64,000 nt of DNA from a virus, in the IMG/VR virus record IMGVR_UViG_3300028498_000052, positions 1,842 to 65,841 of that record. One strand, given 5' to 3'. The notes beneath the pieces are model-generated. The model ran no database searches and was not told the DNA's origin. It worked only from the letters and a program-made list of their open reading frames with translations. Each line of letters opens with the position of its first letter. Position 1 is the first letter of the stretch. A program made the position numbers and the translations under genes. Below are positions 39,451-48,271 of this stretch, in pieces.

Positions 39451-39972
39451 CTAAACCTTCAAATCAAGATAATAGCTTGGTGTGTAAAGACGACCTGTGG
39501 CTACAGTATTTTTATCAGGCGTCTTAGCATCAAACGTGGTGGCTTGGTGATCACGACTCATTTGCTCAACAAACAAGCCTTTGGTGATATCAATCGGTTT
39601 GTCTTTGGCAAACGTCATTGAGGCTGCATCAAAAGCATAAGCGCGATAAATAACTTGTGGATATTCATCACTATCAGATGCTCTTATCTGCTTAATAAGT
39701 GGTGGTACAATCTCACCTAAATCACCGAGCGTAATATTTAAAACTTGATCAAGATCGTCAGAGGTTTTGCCTTTGTTGATTAGCAGTGGCGCAAATTCAA
39801 AGTTAACTACTTCGCCCGTCTCAAGCATGGCATCAACCCCATCAGCATGATTGGTTACGATGCGGATAGGGTTTGGCCATAGGCTATGTCGGATTTCTAA
39901 TGTTTCCAGCAAAGCAATACTTGGTGAACTATCAAGATGTAGGTCTTTGATATCATCAATCGTTACCATCAA
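39451..39972 (-). CDS. Minor tail protein (DUF1833-like)
   Basis: LETLEIRHSLWP.PIRIV; TGRLYTP; position after the distal tail gene. Confidence 0.7.
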   Translation of the reverse strand: MMVTIDDIKDLHLDSSPSIALLETLEIRHSLWPNPIRIVTNHADGVDAMLETGEVVNFEFAPLLINKGKTSDDLDQVLNITLGDLGEIVPPLIKQIRASDSDEYPQVIYRAYAFDAASMTFAKDKPIDITKGLFVEQMSRDHQATTFDAKTPDKNTVATGRLYTPSYYLDLKV

Positions 39973-40450
39973 TACCTCCTAATGCATCTGGAAAATCTTC
40001 ATTGACCAGCGTCTCAAGCAAGTTTAGTAATAGCACAGGATTTTTAGATTCCCATGCTGTTACAATTGATTCGGCAAAATCCGCATTGGTAGTGTTCGGT
40101 TTCAAACGCAGACCAAACGACACGCTATAAACAATACCGTCGCGCTCACCAACGCTTAAAGAACCTGCTATAAACTGGCAGACGTAAATAGTAGGCTGAA
40201 CGTCAACCTCATCCACAATTAGCCGCCACAAAAAAGGACGCGGATTCCTTTGATGGCTCCTCCAGAATGCCCACCAGTACTGTTGTTTGCCTTTATCATC
40301 AAGCATGACAGACGGATTAACCGTATGCACGTTATTGACAAACTGGACACGCTGACGACCAAACCCACCCATTAACGCTTGCTCTAATAGGTTGTTTGCG
40401 ACTTCAGGAGTGTAGCCTCGTTGCAATGGGCGTAATGCAAAGTTATTCAT
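39956..40450 (-). CDS. Minor/distal tail protein
   Basis: Directly after the tape measure gene; GGFGRQR motif. Confidence 0.7.
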   Translation of the reverse strand: MNNFALRPLQRGYTPEVANNLLEQALMGGFGRQRVQFVNNVHTVNPSVMLDDKGKQQYWWAFWRSHQRNPRPFLWRLIVDEVDVQPTIYVCQFIAGSLSVGERDGIVYSVSFGLRLKPNTTNADFAESIVTAWESKNPVLLLNLLETLVNEDFPDALGGIDGND

Positions 40451-43400
40451 CGGCGGTTCACCTTAGCGGTCGTACCGCGCTGTATGCTTTTGCTTTCAAG
40501 TGAATTGGGGTTTTTAATACGACGAAATGATTTTTCAATCATCTTGTCTACGACTTCAATAGTGACTTCACCATTGGGCTGACGGGTAGCGCGCGCGTCA
40601 ACACCGCTTGATTTGTCGATAAACGTTAAATTTAAAGCATTAGACTTTTGACCTTCAGACATAAACTTAACCAGGTCTTTATTTTGCTTTGGAGATAAAA
40701 CGCGTTCATCTTTTTGCAGGAGGTAAGTTGCTTCTTCAGGTACGTTGTCCAAGCCACCATGAGCAATACCAGCTATGCTGGGTGCGGACATTCCTTGGAT
40801 TCTGCCGGCAGCAGCTACCTGAAGACCAGCTGCAACAGCTGCCCCTGGTCCCGCAATATAAGGACCAATTAATGGAACGGCTGATAGTGAGTTAAATGTA
40901 TTTGAGTAAGTTTCTTCAACATTCATCAAAGCTTTGTTTACGGCATAAGCTTGCTCAACTGCAAACGCAAGCTTATGCATTCTTGAGTTTTCGCCAAAGA
41001 ATACGGATGCCGCATTGGTCATGCCAGCAAATAAGCCTTGATAGATAGCTACGCGTTGTGAAGCGTGTTGTTCTGCCAGCGTCTGGTCTCTTAAAGCATA
41101 TTCCTGCTCAAGCGCCCACATTTTATCCAAATGCTCTTGTTTGGCGGTTTCTAACAATTCAAAGCGTTCAAGCTCTGGCAAGCTATACTCACCACGCTCA
41201 TCTTTAGCATTAATTTCTTTTTCACGATCAGAATATTGATTATTAACAGAACCAAAACCTTCTACATAGTCTTGGCTCAAGCGCCATACATCATAATCTT
41301 GACCGCTCATGTTGCGTTGCATGATGCTATCAACACCAGTACTCAATGCTTCTGCACTATTTGCTTTGGCACTATTAGCAATGGACTGATACATCTTGTC
41401 TTGCTCACGCGCTTTAGCACCTGCGGCAAATTTAAAGTTAGCCAGGTCTTCTTGGTATGCTGCGTTTTGTAGATCGATCAGCATCTGTCTTGTTGGGTCG
41501 CCCTCAACAAACTCAGCATTGATACGCTCAATCTTCTCGTTATGCTCATATGTCAGCTTTTTTTCATCTGCCATATAGCTTTCAAGTATCGATTTTGCGT
41601 TTGCGGTGCGCTTTTGGTCGTACTCAGTCTTTGCTCGATTTAGTAAATCAGTGCGTTCAATCGAACCTTCAGCATACAAAGATTCGATCTCTGTAATATT
41701 GGCTGCATATTCTCGGTCTAACTTTTCGCGATCAGTCGCATACCTAGTCTGTATTGAACTTTGACGGCGCAGAGTTTCCTCTTGAAGCTTTTGAGCTTCT
41801 TGCGCTTGCTTGGTGACGGTGTCGTATACTAATTTGCTTGTATCGGTCGTGGCCGACTTCATGTAAGCTAGAACATTTTTGGTGTACTCTTTGGTTTGGC
41901 CAATACCTGTTTTTTTGTTTCTAGCCCAACGGTCGGACAGTATCAAAGACATTGGGTTTTTATCTACATTGCCCTCGCCTGTGTTGTAAGCAGCAATTGT
42001 CTTAGCAAGGTCGCCATCGAACCGCTTATAGAGATAACTTAAATACTTAGCTGCACCCTCAGTGGCCTGCTCCATATTGTAAGCATTATCAACTTTAAAG
42101 CGCTGTGCGGTAGCATCGATGAACTGAAAACCGCCCTTTGCTTTGCCGTACTTGGTCATAGGGCCAGTAGCATTGGTATTACCATGTGACTCTTGCATGT
42201 GTATGCCGGTCATCAAACCATATGGCAAACCGTATTGCGCCTCATAGTTTGCAAAACCATAGTTCTCGGCATTAGCTAATACTTTAGCGTTTGGAACCAG
42301 CTTTGCGGCGCCCGCTACCTTTTGAGCTTTTTCTAAAGCTTTTGTTCGGGCCTCTAATGCCTTAGCATTAGCCTCTGCTTCAACGGTATTGATTGCCAAC
42401 CCGCTGGTGTTACTCTGCAAGAAAGTATTGGCGTTGTAATAAGTGCTTGCAAGGCCACTAAGCCTTTTTTGCTGACCTGTCATTAATGTGTCGATGGTTT
42501 TAACGGCTTTCTCATACTTGTCTGTAACTGACATATAACCATCAGCACCAATTACCCCAGCCTTGAAAAACCCAACAGCTAATGCTTTACCTTTTGCGGC
42601 CACACCATCAGCACTAAAAAATGCTTGCGAAGTCTCTCCAATATTTCGCATTTGCGAACCGACTTGCTGAAAAGCCTCAGCAATAATACTAACGCCTGCT
42701 GCAAGTCCAACAAGAGACGCTGCTGTGATTTGTACTGCGGAGCCAATGCCGTTTACTTCATTTTTAAAACCTCGACCTTCAGTAGTGCTTTCAGTGAAAT
42801 AAGTAGTTAATGTTCCTAGGGCTGGAATCATCTCGGAGATTAGCTGCGTTTTTAGTCCTTCAAATTGTGTCTGTATAGCCTGTGTTTGGGCTGCTAATTT
42901 ACGAGACTCTTCAATGGCTGCAGCAGTTTTAATAACACCTGCATTCTCTAATTGAACGCCATACTCCTCAAGTATCGAACCGCCATTGGCAAATAGCGGC
43001 ATCAAGTTGCCTAAATCACCCGCCAAGCTTTCCATAACAAAACGTTGTTCTTGAGAAGTAGCACCTAACGCGTCGAGCTCGTCTTTTAGATACTGGATAG
43101 CGCCTACACCATCTTTGCCTTGCAGCGTTTTACCTAGATTACGAATCTCTTCATCAGTCAATTTGGTATTGTTTTGCAGCGCCTCAAAGAAGTCAGCCGC
43201 ACCACCACCGCCAGTCGCACTAAACTCGCCTAATTTTTCTTGAGTATCTGCTAAGATTGCTGCCAAGGCTTCTTGCTCAACGCCAAAGCCAGCAGCTGCA
43301 TGAGTTAGCACTTGAAAACTCTTTAGACCTGTGTTGGCTGTGCCTGCCATTATGCCAAGCTGCACGTCTGCATTAGCTGTTTCGACTGCCAATGCAGCTA

Positions 43401-43632
43401 ATGCGCCTGCTGCAACTACCGCACCACCAATCGCCATGCCAGCAAAAGAGCCTGATATTTTACTGATATCATCAGCAATATTGTCGCGCAGCTCTCTTAC
43501 CGATCCACCTATATTTCTTGCGCTATCACGTGCTTGTCGCTCAGCTTGCGTTAGGCCATCCGTAAAATCACTTAGGCGTACTGCCAAATCGAGTGTTAGT
43601 CTGCCAAGTGATGTAGTTGCCATGCTGGACAT
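40447..43632 (-). CDS. Tape measure protein with an internal lytic transglycosylase (SLT) domain
   Basis: TTSLGRLTLDL start; QESHGN...AKGGFQFIDATA...AAYNTGEGNV; GIAHGGLDNVPEEATYLL. Confidence 0.93.
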   Translation of the reverse strand: MSSMATTSLGRLTLDLAVRLSDFTDGLTQAERQARDSARNIGGSVRELRDNIADDISKISGSFAGMAIGGAVVAAGALAALAVETANADVQLGIMAGTANTGLKSFQVLTHAAAGFGVEQEALAAILADTQEKLGEFSATGGGGAADFFEALQNNTKLTDEEIRNLGKTLQGKDGVGAIQYLKDELDALGATSQEQRFVMESLAGDLGNLMPLFANGGSILEEYGVQLENAGVIKTAAAIEESRKLAAQTQAIQTQFEGLKTQLISEMIPALGTLTTYFTESTTEGRGFKNEVNGIGSAVQITAASLVGLAAGVSIIAEAFQQVGSQMRNIGETSQAFFSADGVAAKGKALAVGFFKAGVIGADGYMSVTDKYEKAVKTIDTLMTGQQKRLSGLASTYYNANTFLQSNTSGLAINTVEAEANAKALEARTKALEKAQKVAGAAKLVPNAKVLANAENYGFANYEAQYGLPYGLMTGIHMQESHGNTNATGPMTKYGKAKGGFQFIDATAQRFKVDNAYNMEQATEGAAKYLSYLYKRFDGDLAKTIAAYNTGEGNVDKNPMSLILSDRWARNKKTGIGQTKEYTKNVLAYMKSATTDTSKLVYDTVTKQAQEAQKLQEETLRRQSSIQTRYATDREKLDREYAANITEIESLYAEGSIERTDLLNRAKTEYDQKRTANAKSILESYMADEKKLTYEHNEKIERINAEFVEGDPTRQMLIDLQNAAYQEDLANFKFAAGAKAREQDKMYQSIANSAKANSAEALSTGVDSIMQRNMSGQDYDVWRLSQDYVEGFGSVNNQYSDREKEINAKDERGEYSLPELERFELLETAKQEHLDKMWALEQEYALRDQTLAEQHASQRVAIYQGLFAGMTNAASVFFGENSRMHKLAFAVEQAYAVNKALMNVEETYSNTFNSLSAVPLIGPYIAGPGAAVAAGLQVAAAGRIQGMSAPSIAGIAHGGLDNVPEEATYLLQKDERVLSPKQNKDLVKFMSEGQKSNALNLTFIDKSSGVDARATRQPNGEVTIEVVDKMIEKSFRRIKNPNSLESKSIQRGTTAKVNRR

Positions 43633-43649
43633 TCCTTATTTTTAGATAT

Positions 43650-43684
43650 AAAAAAACCCCAATCATTTCTGATTAGGGTTTTTT
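43650..43684. terminator. Terminator closing the tail moron
   Basis: AAAAAAACCC(C)AATC...GATT(A)GGGTTTTTT. Confidence 0.7.
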
Positions 43685-43698
43685 ATTACTGGTATTTT

Positions 43699-43848
43699 TT
43701 ATTCGTCGTCTAAGTTCAAATAAATATAATATCCAATTGGCACAGATTTGGCGTGTGTCCATCGATTGTGTTCAATTAGATTATTTATCCATATTTGCGC
43801 CCAGTGTAATTGAGTGGCAGGCGGTTTGTGACGTGGAGAGTATTGCAT
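43699..43848 (-). CDS. 49-aa hypothetical protein, below the ORF-track cutoff
   Basis: Hand translation MQYSPRHKPPATQLHWAQIWINNLIEHNRWTHAKSVPIGYYIYLNLDDE*; lies between the moron gene and the terminator. Confidence 0.4.
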   Translation of the reverse strand: MQYSPRHKPPATQLHWAQIWINNLIEHNRWTHAKSVPIGYYIYLNLDDE

Positions 43849-43879
43849 ATTACATCCATAATTCGTGATAGTTTGAAAA

Positions 43880-44593
43880 TTAAAACCTAGTCCACTCTAA
43901 ACCAGATACATTAAACTTAAACTGCTCGTTGCCATGGTCGAAAAAATTAACTTCTACCATAACCATATCAGAATTTTTTAGCTTTTCAACAAAGCTCGCT
44001 ACGTCTTCAGCTAAGAATAAGACTTCGCTACTACCAGCTTCTGCTTCAGTAGCAGCTATTTGTTGTACAGCGCCATCATCAAATTTCACAGTGACATAGC
44101 AATCTTGATAGGAGCAAAACAACTGACCCTTATTAACGGCAAACAAGATATCCTGCCCATGCTGAGCATCGTCGCGAATTATGATATTTAGCTCAACACC
44201 TTCGCCATAAGGAAAATCTAGCGTTACTGTATTAGTTGATTTATTGATTGCAAAATATGAAGACTCTCCGCGCATTTCATCAACTGACTCATCGTACTGC
44301 CAATTACTTGCAGTAGCTAATGGTTCAACAAGACTCTCTTCCCCGCCTTGTTCGGATTCATCTACACTATTTTGTTCAGAAGAAGGATTTGAAGCAAGTG
44401 CTTCTGGCTCTGTGCTAGGAGTGTTCGCAGAGTTTATAGACATAACTGCTGAAATAACTAGCAATCCAATAAATATCGCAGCAATCCACGTAAGGATTGA
44501 AGTCCGTTTAATTTTTGCACCACAATTAGGACAAGTGGCCGCATTCTTACTAACTTGATGACCGCAATCTTTACAATTTATGAGTTTAGACAT
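43880..44593 (-). CDS. Tail-region moron: zinc ribbon, transmembrane helix, periplasmic domain
   Basis: CKDCG...CPNCG; hydrophobic ILTWIAAIFIGLLVISAVMSI. Confidence 0.8.
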   Translation of the reverse strand: MSKLINCKDCGHQVSKNAATCPNCGAKIKRTSILTWIAAIFIGLLVISAVMSINSANTPSTEPEALASNPSSEQNSVDESEQGGEESLVEPLATASNWQYDESVDEMRGESSYFAINKSTNTVTLDFPYGEGVELNIIIRDDAQHGQDILFAVNKGQLFCSYQDCYVTVKFDDGAVQQIAATEAEAGSSEVLFLAEDVASFVEKLKNSDMVMVEVNFFDHGNEQFKFNVSGLEWTRF

Positions 44594-44630
44594 GACTTGA
44601 CCTTATCGTTTTCTTTGCAATAAAGACATC

Positions 44631-44659
44631 ACTATAAATCATCAAAAACAATTCAGCAA
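44631..44659 (-). promoter_or_regulatory. sigma70-like moron promoter
   Basis: TTGCTG, 17 nt, TATAGT, upstream of the ATG at 44593. Confidence 0.55.
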
Positions 44660-44670
44660 CATTTGTCCGA

Positions 44671-44943
44671 TCAATCATCAATTTGCACTTCAAAACTTTC
44701 AACGACATCATCTTCGTGTGGCATAAACTCAAGTGGCTCTACCCAATCCTCGCCTTTAAGACCTTTATTGATATTCATTGCAATGATATTGGCAGCCGCT
44801 TGCTCGACACGCCTTCCAATATTTAGACTACCCCGCCGTGATCGGTATTCTGCCCACTGACCAACCTCAAGCATTGTCAGATTGTTTTTAACTTGATGAA
44901 TTGTATTACCACCGATTCCTGCCAGCGCAAGCTCAAAAAGCAA
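44671..44943 (-). CDS. C-terminal (gpT-like) part of the tail assembly chaperone, reached by -1 frameshift
   Basis: In frame with the -1 reading from the slippery site at 45000-44994. Confidence 0.8.
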   Translation of the reverse strand: MLFELALAGIGGNTIHQVKNNLTMLEVGQWAEYRSRRGSLNIGRRVEQAAANIIAMNINKGLKGEDWVEPLEFMPHEDDVVESFEVQIDD

Positions 44944-44957
44944 TTCATTTTCACCAG

Positions 44958-45314
44958 CTATGAATCCTTTTTGCTCTTGGCTTTCTCTAAGGTCTTTTTT
45001 ACGCTATCAGTACCAAAGACTTCGTCGAAAATAGCTTGAGCCATCGGCTGCACAAAGGTATCGCCGACTTGCTTAGGTGTAAAATTATTCTTACCCTTGT
45101 CATCTACAAGCGCTTTGGCGATCCATTCGTTCGCAACTTTTTCACCTCTGTTCAGGCGCGTCAGCAACTCATCAGTCTCACAAAAAGGTAACTGCTTAAT
45201 CAGGATGTCGACGTCATATTCTTTACCGTTGTGGATAAACTCAACCGTTTTTTGGCGAATCTCTCCTACTAGCTTGCCATCTTTGACATCTGATAATAAT
45301 AATTTTTCTGCCAT
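44958..45314 (-). CDS. Tail assembly chaperone (gpG-like)
   Basis: Between the major tail and tape measure genes; contains A AAA AAG. Confidence 0.82.
   Translation of the reverse strand: MAEKLLLSDVKDGKLVGEIRQKTVEFIHNGKEYDVDILIKQLPFCETDELLTRLNRGEKVANEWIAKALVDDKGKNNFTPKQVGDTFVQPMAQAIFDEVFGTDSVKKTLEKAKSKKDS
44994..45000 (-). promoter_or_regulatory. -1 programmed ribosomal frameshift heptamer A AAA AAG
   Basis: GTA AAA AAG ACC; the -1 frame reads DLRESQEQKGFIAGENELLFELALAG into the downstream ORF. Confidence 0.85.
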
Positions 45315-45389
45315 TTTTGCAATCCTCTAAAAGTAGTAAAGCCCCAATTAAGGGGCTTATCGTTAGTTTATTTTGTCAACGCTCTACGT

Positions 45390-45884
45390 TTATGGCGTAG
45401 GAACTTTGTATGCGGTAATAGCTCGAGACTGACGCTTCATAGAAACAGTATGCTTGACCAATGAATCAGCATCGAACGTAGGTGCGCTATTTTTCAACAA
45501 CGCTGTGAATGATGTCCAAGTACGATCTTCAGGCAGCGTGACTGTATTGGTCGACAGTGTCGGAGCGGTTTTGCCATCGGACCAACCCACAAACACTTCA
45601 ACATATTCGCGGTCATCAGCAAGCTGTAGCAAAGTTAGATGAGTCGCGTTTTTAGGATCAGTATTGATCATAATAGACCCTTCGCCTGGCGTATTAAGTC
45701 CATACGTTGATGTTGCTGAATCCTCTTCCTCAAGGCATGTATCAGGTATATCTGTGGGCGAATCATCACCAAGCACGATACCAGTGATACACACCATCTT
45801 AGTGAGGGTTGGTGTGACATCATCGCCATGCTTCACCCAAACACTGGTGCCTTGCGTGAGAACGCCTTTTGTAACTTTAGCCAT
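45390..45884 (-). CDS. Major tail (tube) protein
   Basis: GVLTQGT.V; GLNTPGEGS; TLPEDRTWTSF; position. Confidence 0.85.
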   Translation of the reverse strand: MAKVTKGVLTQGTSVWVKHGDDVTPTLTKMVCITGIVLGDDSPTDIPDTCLEEEDSATSTYGLNTPGEGSIMINTDPKNATHLTLLQLADDREYVEVFVGWSDGKTAPTLSTNTVTLPEDRTWTSFTALLKNSAPTFDADSLVKHTVSMKRQSRAITAYKVPTP

Positions 45885-45914
45885 ATCCTTTATTCCTGTT
45901 CAATTAAAAATGGT

Positions 45915-46274
45915 TTATCTTTCTAGAATCCAGTTCGCGTCAAAGCCGCGACCGTACAGCTTTGCTTTGCTGTCATACTGATGGATGGATGGATTTAATA
46001 TCCACGACTGCTGCTCAAGTACTGTGCGCACAGCATCGCGTATCGCATAAGAGGATTTAGCATCTGCCGCGTAGACCATTATTTGATACTGTGTATCGTC
46101 AAAATTAGCGGGTGCGTCTAGATGATTGTTCGCCTGACCAGATATTGCTTGCCATACGATGTACGGTGGTGAAGTGCCATAAGGCGCCACGTCCTCATAG
46201 ACTTTTGCTTCTACATCGATGAGTAAAGCCAGTGAATCGTCAGCTTTTAAAGCTCTGTAGATTGGTAAACTCAT
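45915..46274 (-). CDS. Tail terminator (DUF3168-like)
   Basis: VYEDVAP...PPYIVWQAISG; QIMVYA. Confidence 0.78.
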   Translation of the reverse strand: MSLPIYRALKADDSLALLIDVEAKVYEDVAPYGTSPPYIVWQAISGQANNHLDAPANFDDTQYQIMVYAADAKSSYAIRDAVRTVLEQQSWILNPSIHQYDSKAKLYGRGFDANWILER

Positions 46275-46714
46275 AGCTTTGCAATCTCCTTGTCGAGCTC
46301 TAACATAAACTGTGAAGTAAATTCAGTCTGCACAGCTTCACGATTATTATTAATTGCAGGTCGCAAAAATGGCGTCGCTGATTGATGTGCTGTGCCAAAT
46401 TCTTTAAATCGCCAATACCAAGTATCACCACCCGAATTGCCCGTGCCCACCGTCTTCTTGGCGCCACCCTTCACACCCACTTTCATCATGACAAAATCGC
46501 CCTTAGTTTTACTGGGCTTAGTGACGATGTTCTTCCAAATCTTTTCGGCTGTTTCTTTATCATCTAAAGCTTTGGCATTTTTCACAGCGTCTTTTTTGAC
46601 GATGTTCATAGCTTTACGTGATGCCCGCGTCGCAGCGTTTTTAACTTTCCGTGGCTTGCCTAGCTGCCTAATTTTAGCAAGCACCTCGTCAAGTCCTGTG
46701 ATTTCGTTAGCCAT
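46271..46714 (-). CDS. HK97 gp10-like tail completion protein
   Basis: ITGLDEV; YWRFKEFGT..Q.ATPFLRPA. Confidence 0.88.
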   Translation of the reverse strand: MANEITGLDEVLAKIRQLGKPRKVKNAATRASRKAMNIVKKDAVKNAKALDDKETAEKIWKNIVTKPSKTKGDFVMMKVGVKGGAKKTVGTGNSGGDTWYWRFKEFGTAHQSATPFLRPAINNNREAVQTEFTSQFMLELDKEIAKL

Positions 46715-46716
46715 GG

Positions 46717-47082
46717 TCAGTCCTTAAACTGCTCAACACCAGATGACAGATTGAACGTTGTGTATTCGACGCCCGTGTCACTATCATCAAGCCCTTGGCT
46801 ATCTATAGCAAAAATGCGGCCCTTCCAAATGATTCGCATAGTTGTATCGATATCTAGTCCAGCGTTATATCGAACTTTCATTCGCGCTGTGATTTCAGAC
46901 CCTGCAGCTTGTGCGCTGAGTAAATCTTTAGTAGAGAGTGGCGTGATTTTGGCATAGGCTTTCTTATAAAAAATCCACTCTGACGGCAATTCATATCCAT
47001 CGTCATCACGCCCACCTTTGACATAGCTCTCTATAGTGACGCGATGGTGTAACTCGCCTGCCTTGACTGCCATATCAATCAT
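46717..47082 (-). CDS. Head closure / head-tail adaptor
   Basis: AGELHHRVTIE; ITARMKVRY; MRIIWKGRIFAI. Confidence 0.88.
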   Translation of the reverse strand: MIDMAVKAGELHHRVTIESYVKGGRDDDGYELPSEWIFYKKAYAKITPLSTKDLLSAQAAGSEITARMKVRYNAGLDIDTTMRIIWKGRIFAIDSQGLDDSDTGVEYTTFNLSSGVEQFKD

Positions 47083-47317
47083 CCATATCTAAAAAGGTAG
47101 ACCCTGTTTCCTCATCGTCATCTTGCTGCTCGATGAGCTCGCTTAATATTTCGTCATTCTGTTCAATCAAACGCAATATCGTTTGTTCTTTCGCATTCGA
47201 CTGCTCAATTAAAACGCTATTTTGTTCGACTATCTTTGTCGCTAGAGCTATTAAGTCTGGCAATAAGCTGCTTTGCTCGCTGTCTGGCTTCATTGGCTCG
47301 TTGTTTAATCCACTCAC
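47075..47317 (-). CDS. Hypothetical acidic coiled-coil phage protein
   Basis: ORF on the operon strand within the head-tail module. Confidence 0.6.
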   Translation of the reverse strand: MSGLNNEPMKPDSEQSSLLPDLIALATKIVEQNSVLIEQSNAKEQTILRLIEQNDEILSELIEQQDDDEETGSTFLDMDD

Positions 47318-47345
47318 GGCGTGCCTCGCATGATTTACAAGTCAT
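47217..47345 (-). CDS. 42-aa CxxC protein overlapping the downstream gene in another frame
   Basis: MTCKSCEARREWIKQRANEARQRAKQLIARLNSSSDKDSRTK*; ATG 2 nt after the gp6-like stop. Confidence 0.6.
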   Translation of the reverse strand: MTCKSCEARREWIKQRANEARQRAKQLIARLNSSSDKDSRTK

Positions 47346-47347
47346 TG

Positions 47348-47656
47348 TTAAATTCCCATGTTGCGATAGGGTTGTAGTAAATGATAAGTACCCATTGGCA
47401 TCTCTGTCATTGAAGACTCAGATACCGCCTCACGATGGGCGTACCAATGGCTAATCAGTAGCAGAGTCGCCTGATCAATGGATGGGTTATCAATAACGCC
47501 ATCAGGATCATCGTCCGGTACCACTAATTCATAAATAGTACGATCAAGATGCTTCTGAACATGGTCACGAGCAGCTGCCATATATCCAGCCAGCAGCGCA
47601 TCTTCATCATCATGCTCGATGCGGCATTGGAACTTTACCTGCTCGAGTGTTACCAT
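47348..47656 (-). CDS. Head-tail connector (gp6-like)
   Basis: VTLEQVK.QCRI...DEDALL; QATLLLISHWYAHREAV; LLQPYR. Confidence 0.9.
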   Translation of the reverse strand: MVTLEQVKFQCRIEHDDEDALLAGYMAAARDHVQKHLDRTIYELVVPDDDPDGVIDNPSIDQATLLLISHWYAHREAVSESSMTEMPMGTYHLLQPYRNMGI

Positions 47657-47658
47657 AA

Positions 47659-47856
47659 TTAATCCACCTTATCTTTCGTGACCACTTTGGTTTTTGGCGT
47701 TTCCGCTTTTGCTATCTCAACACTAGGCACGTCTACTTCGACAGCGTAGCCTTTATCAACCAGTTTTTTACCCTCTGTCTTGTCTACTTCGACAGTAGTA
47801 TTACTCTGCAGAGGAGTTCGGTTGACTATCATGTATCTCAAAGTACGTATTAACAT
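47659..47856 (-). CDS. Hypothetical phage protein
   Basis: ORF in the head module. Confidence 0.6.
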   Translation of the reverse strand: MLIRTLRYMIVNRTPLQSNTTVEVDKTEGKKLVDKGYAVEVDVPSVEIAKAETPKTKVVTKDKVD

Positions 47857-47862
47857 AACGGT

Positions 47863-48147
47863 TTACTCTGATTTGTTAGCTGGCTCTTTTGCCATCTTGT
47901 TTTTGTTTTCAGGTGCTGCCTTCTCTGCATCACCCTCCTTTTCATCAGCCTTAGCTTTGTCAGCGGCTTCCTTTTCGGCTTTGGCATCAGCGGCCGCTTT
48001 TTTCTTTTCAGCTGCAGCTGCTTTGGGATCGACAATCAAACCCATTCTGACAAGCTCTTTAGCATCTGAGTCGTTTTTAACTTCGCGCGTATCGCCCTCA
48101 AAGTATTGTTTATCGCCCCAGTGCTGCTTAGTGACTTTATATTCCAT
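47863..48147 (-). CDS. Hypothetical Ala/Lys/Glu-rich phage protein
   Basis: YKVTKQHWGDKQY.EGDTRE; ends PENKNKMAKEPANK. Confidence 0.7.
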   Translation of the reverse strand: MEYKVTKQHWGDKQYFEGDTREVKNDSDAKELVRMGLIVDPKAAAAEKKKAAADAKAEKEAADKAKADEKEGDAEKAAPENKNKMAKEPANKSE

Positions 48148-48202
48148 GACATACTCCTTTTAGTAAGACAAAATCAGCTTAATAAATTGACTTTGGCTTA
48201 AT

Positions 48203-48240
48203 AAAAAAACACGCAACTTGTTAGACAGGTTGCGTGTTTT
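48203..48240. terminator. Terminator after the major capsid gene
   Basis: AAAACACGCAAC...GTTGCGTGTTTT. Confidence 0.75.
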
Positions 48241-48271
48241 GTATTTTTAAGGATAAAAGTTTCGTTAACTA

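Noticed and set aside
43331-43645. 104-aa plus-strand ORF
   Set aside because: Antisense shadow of the tape measure 5' end
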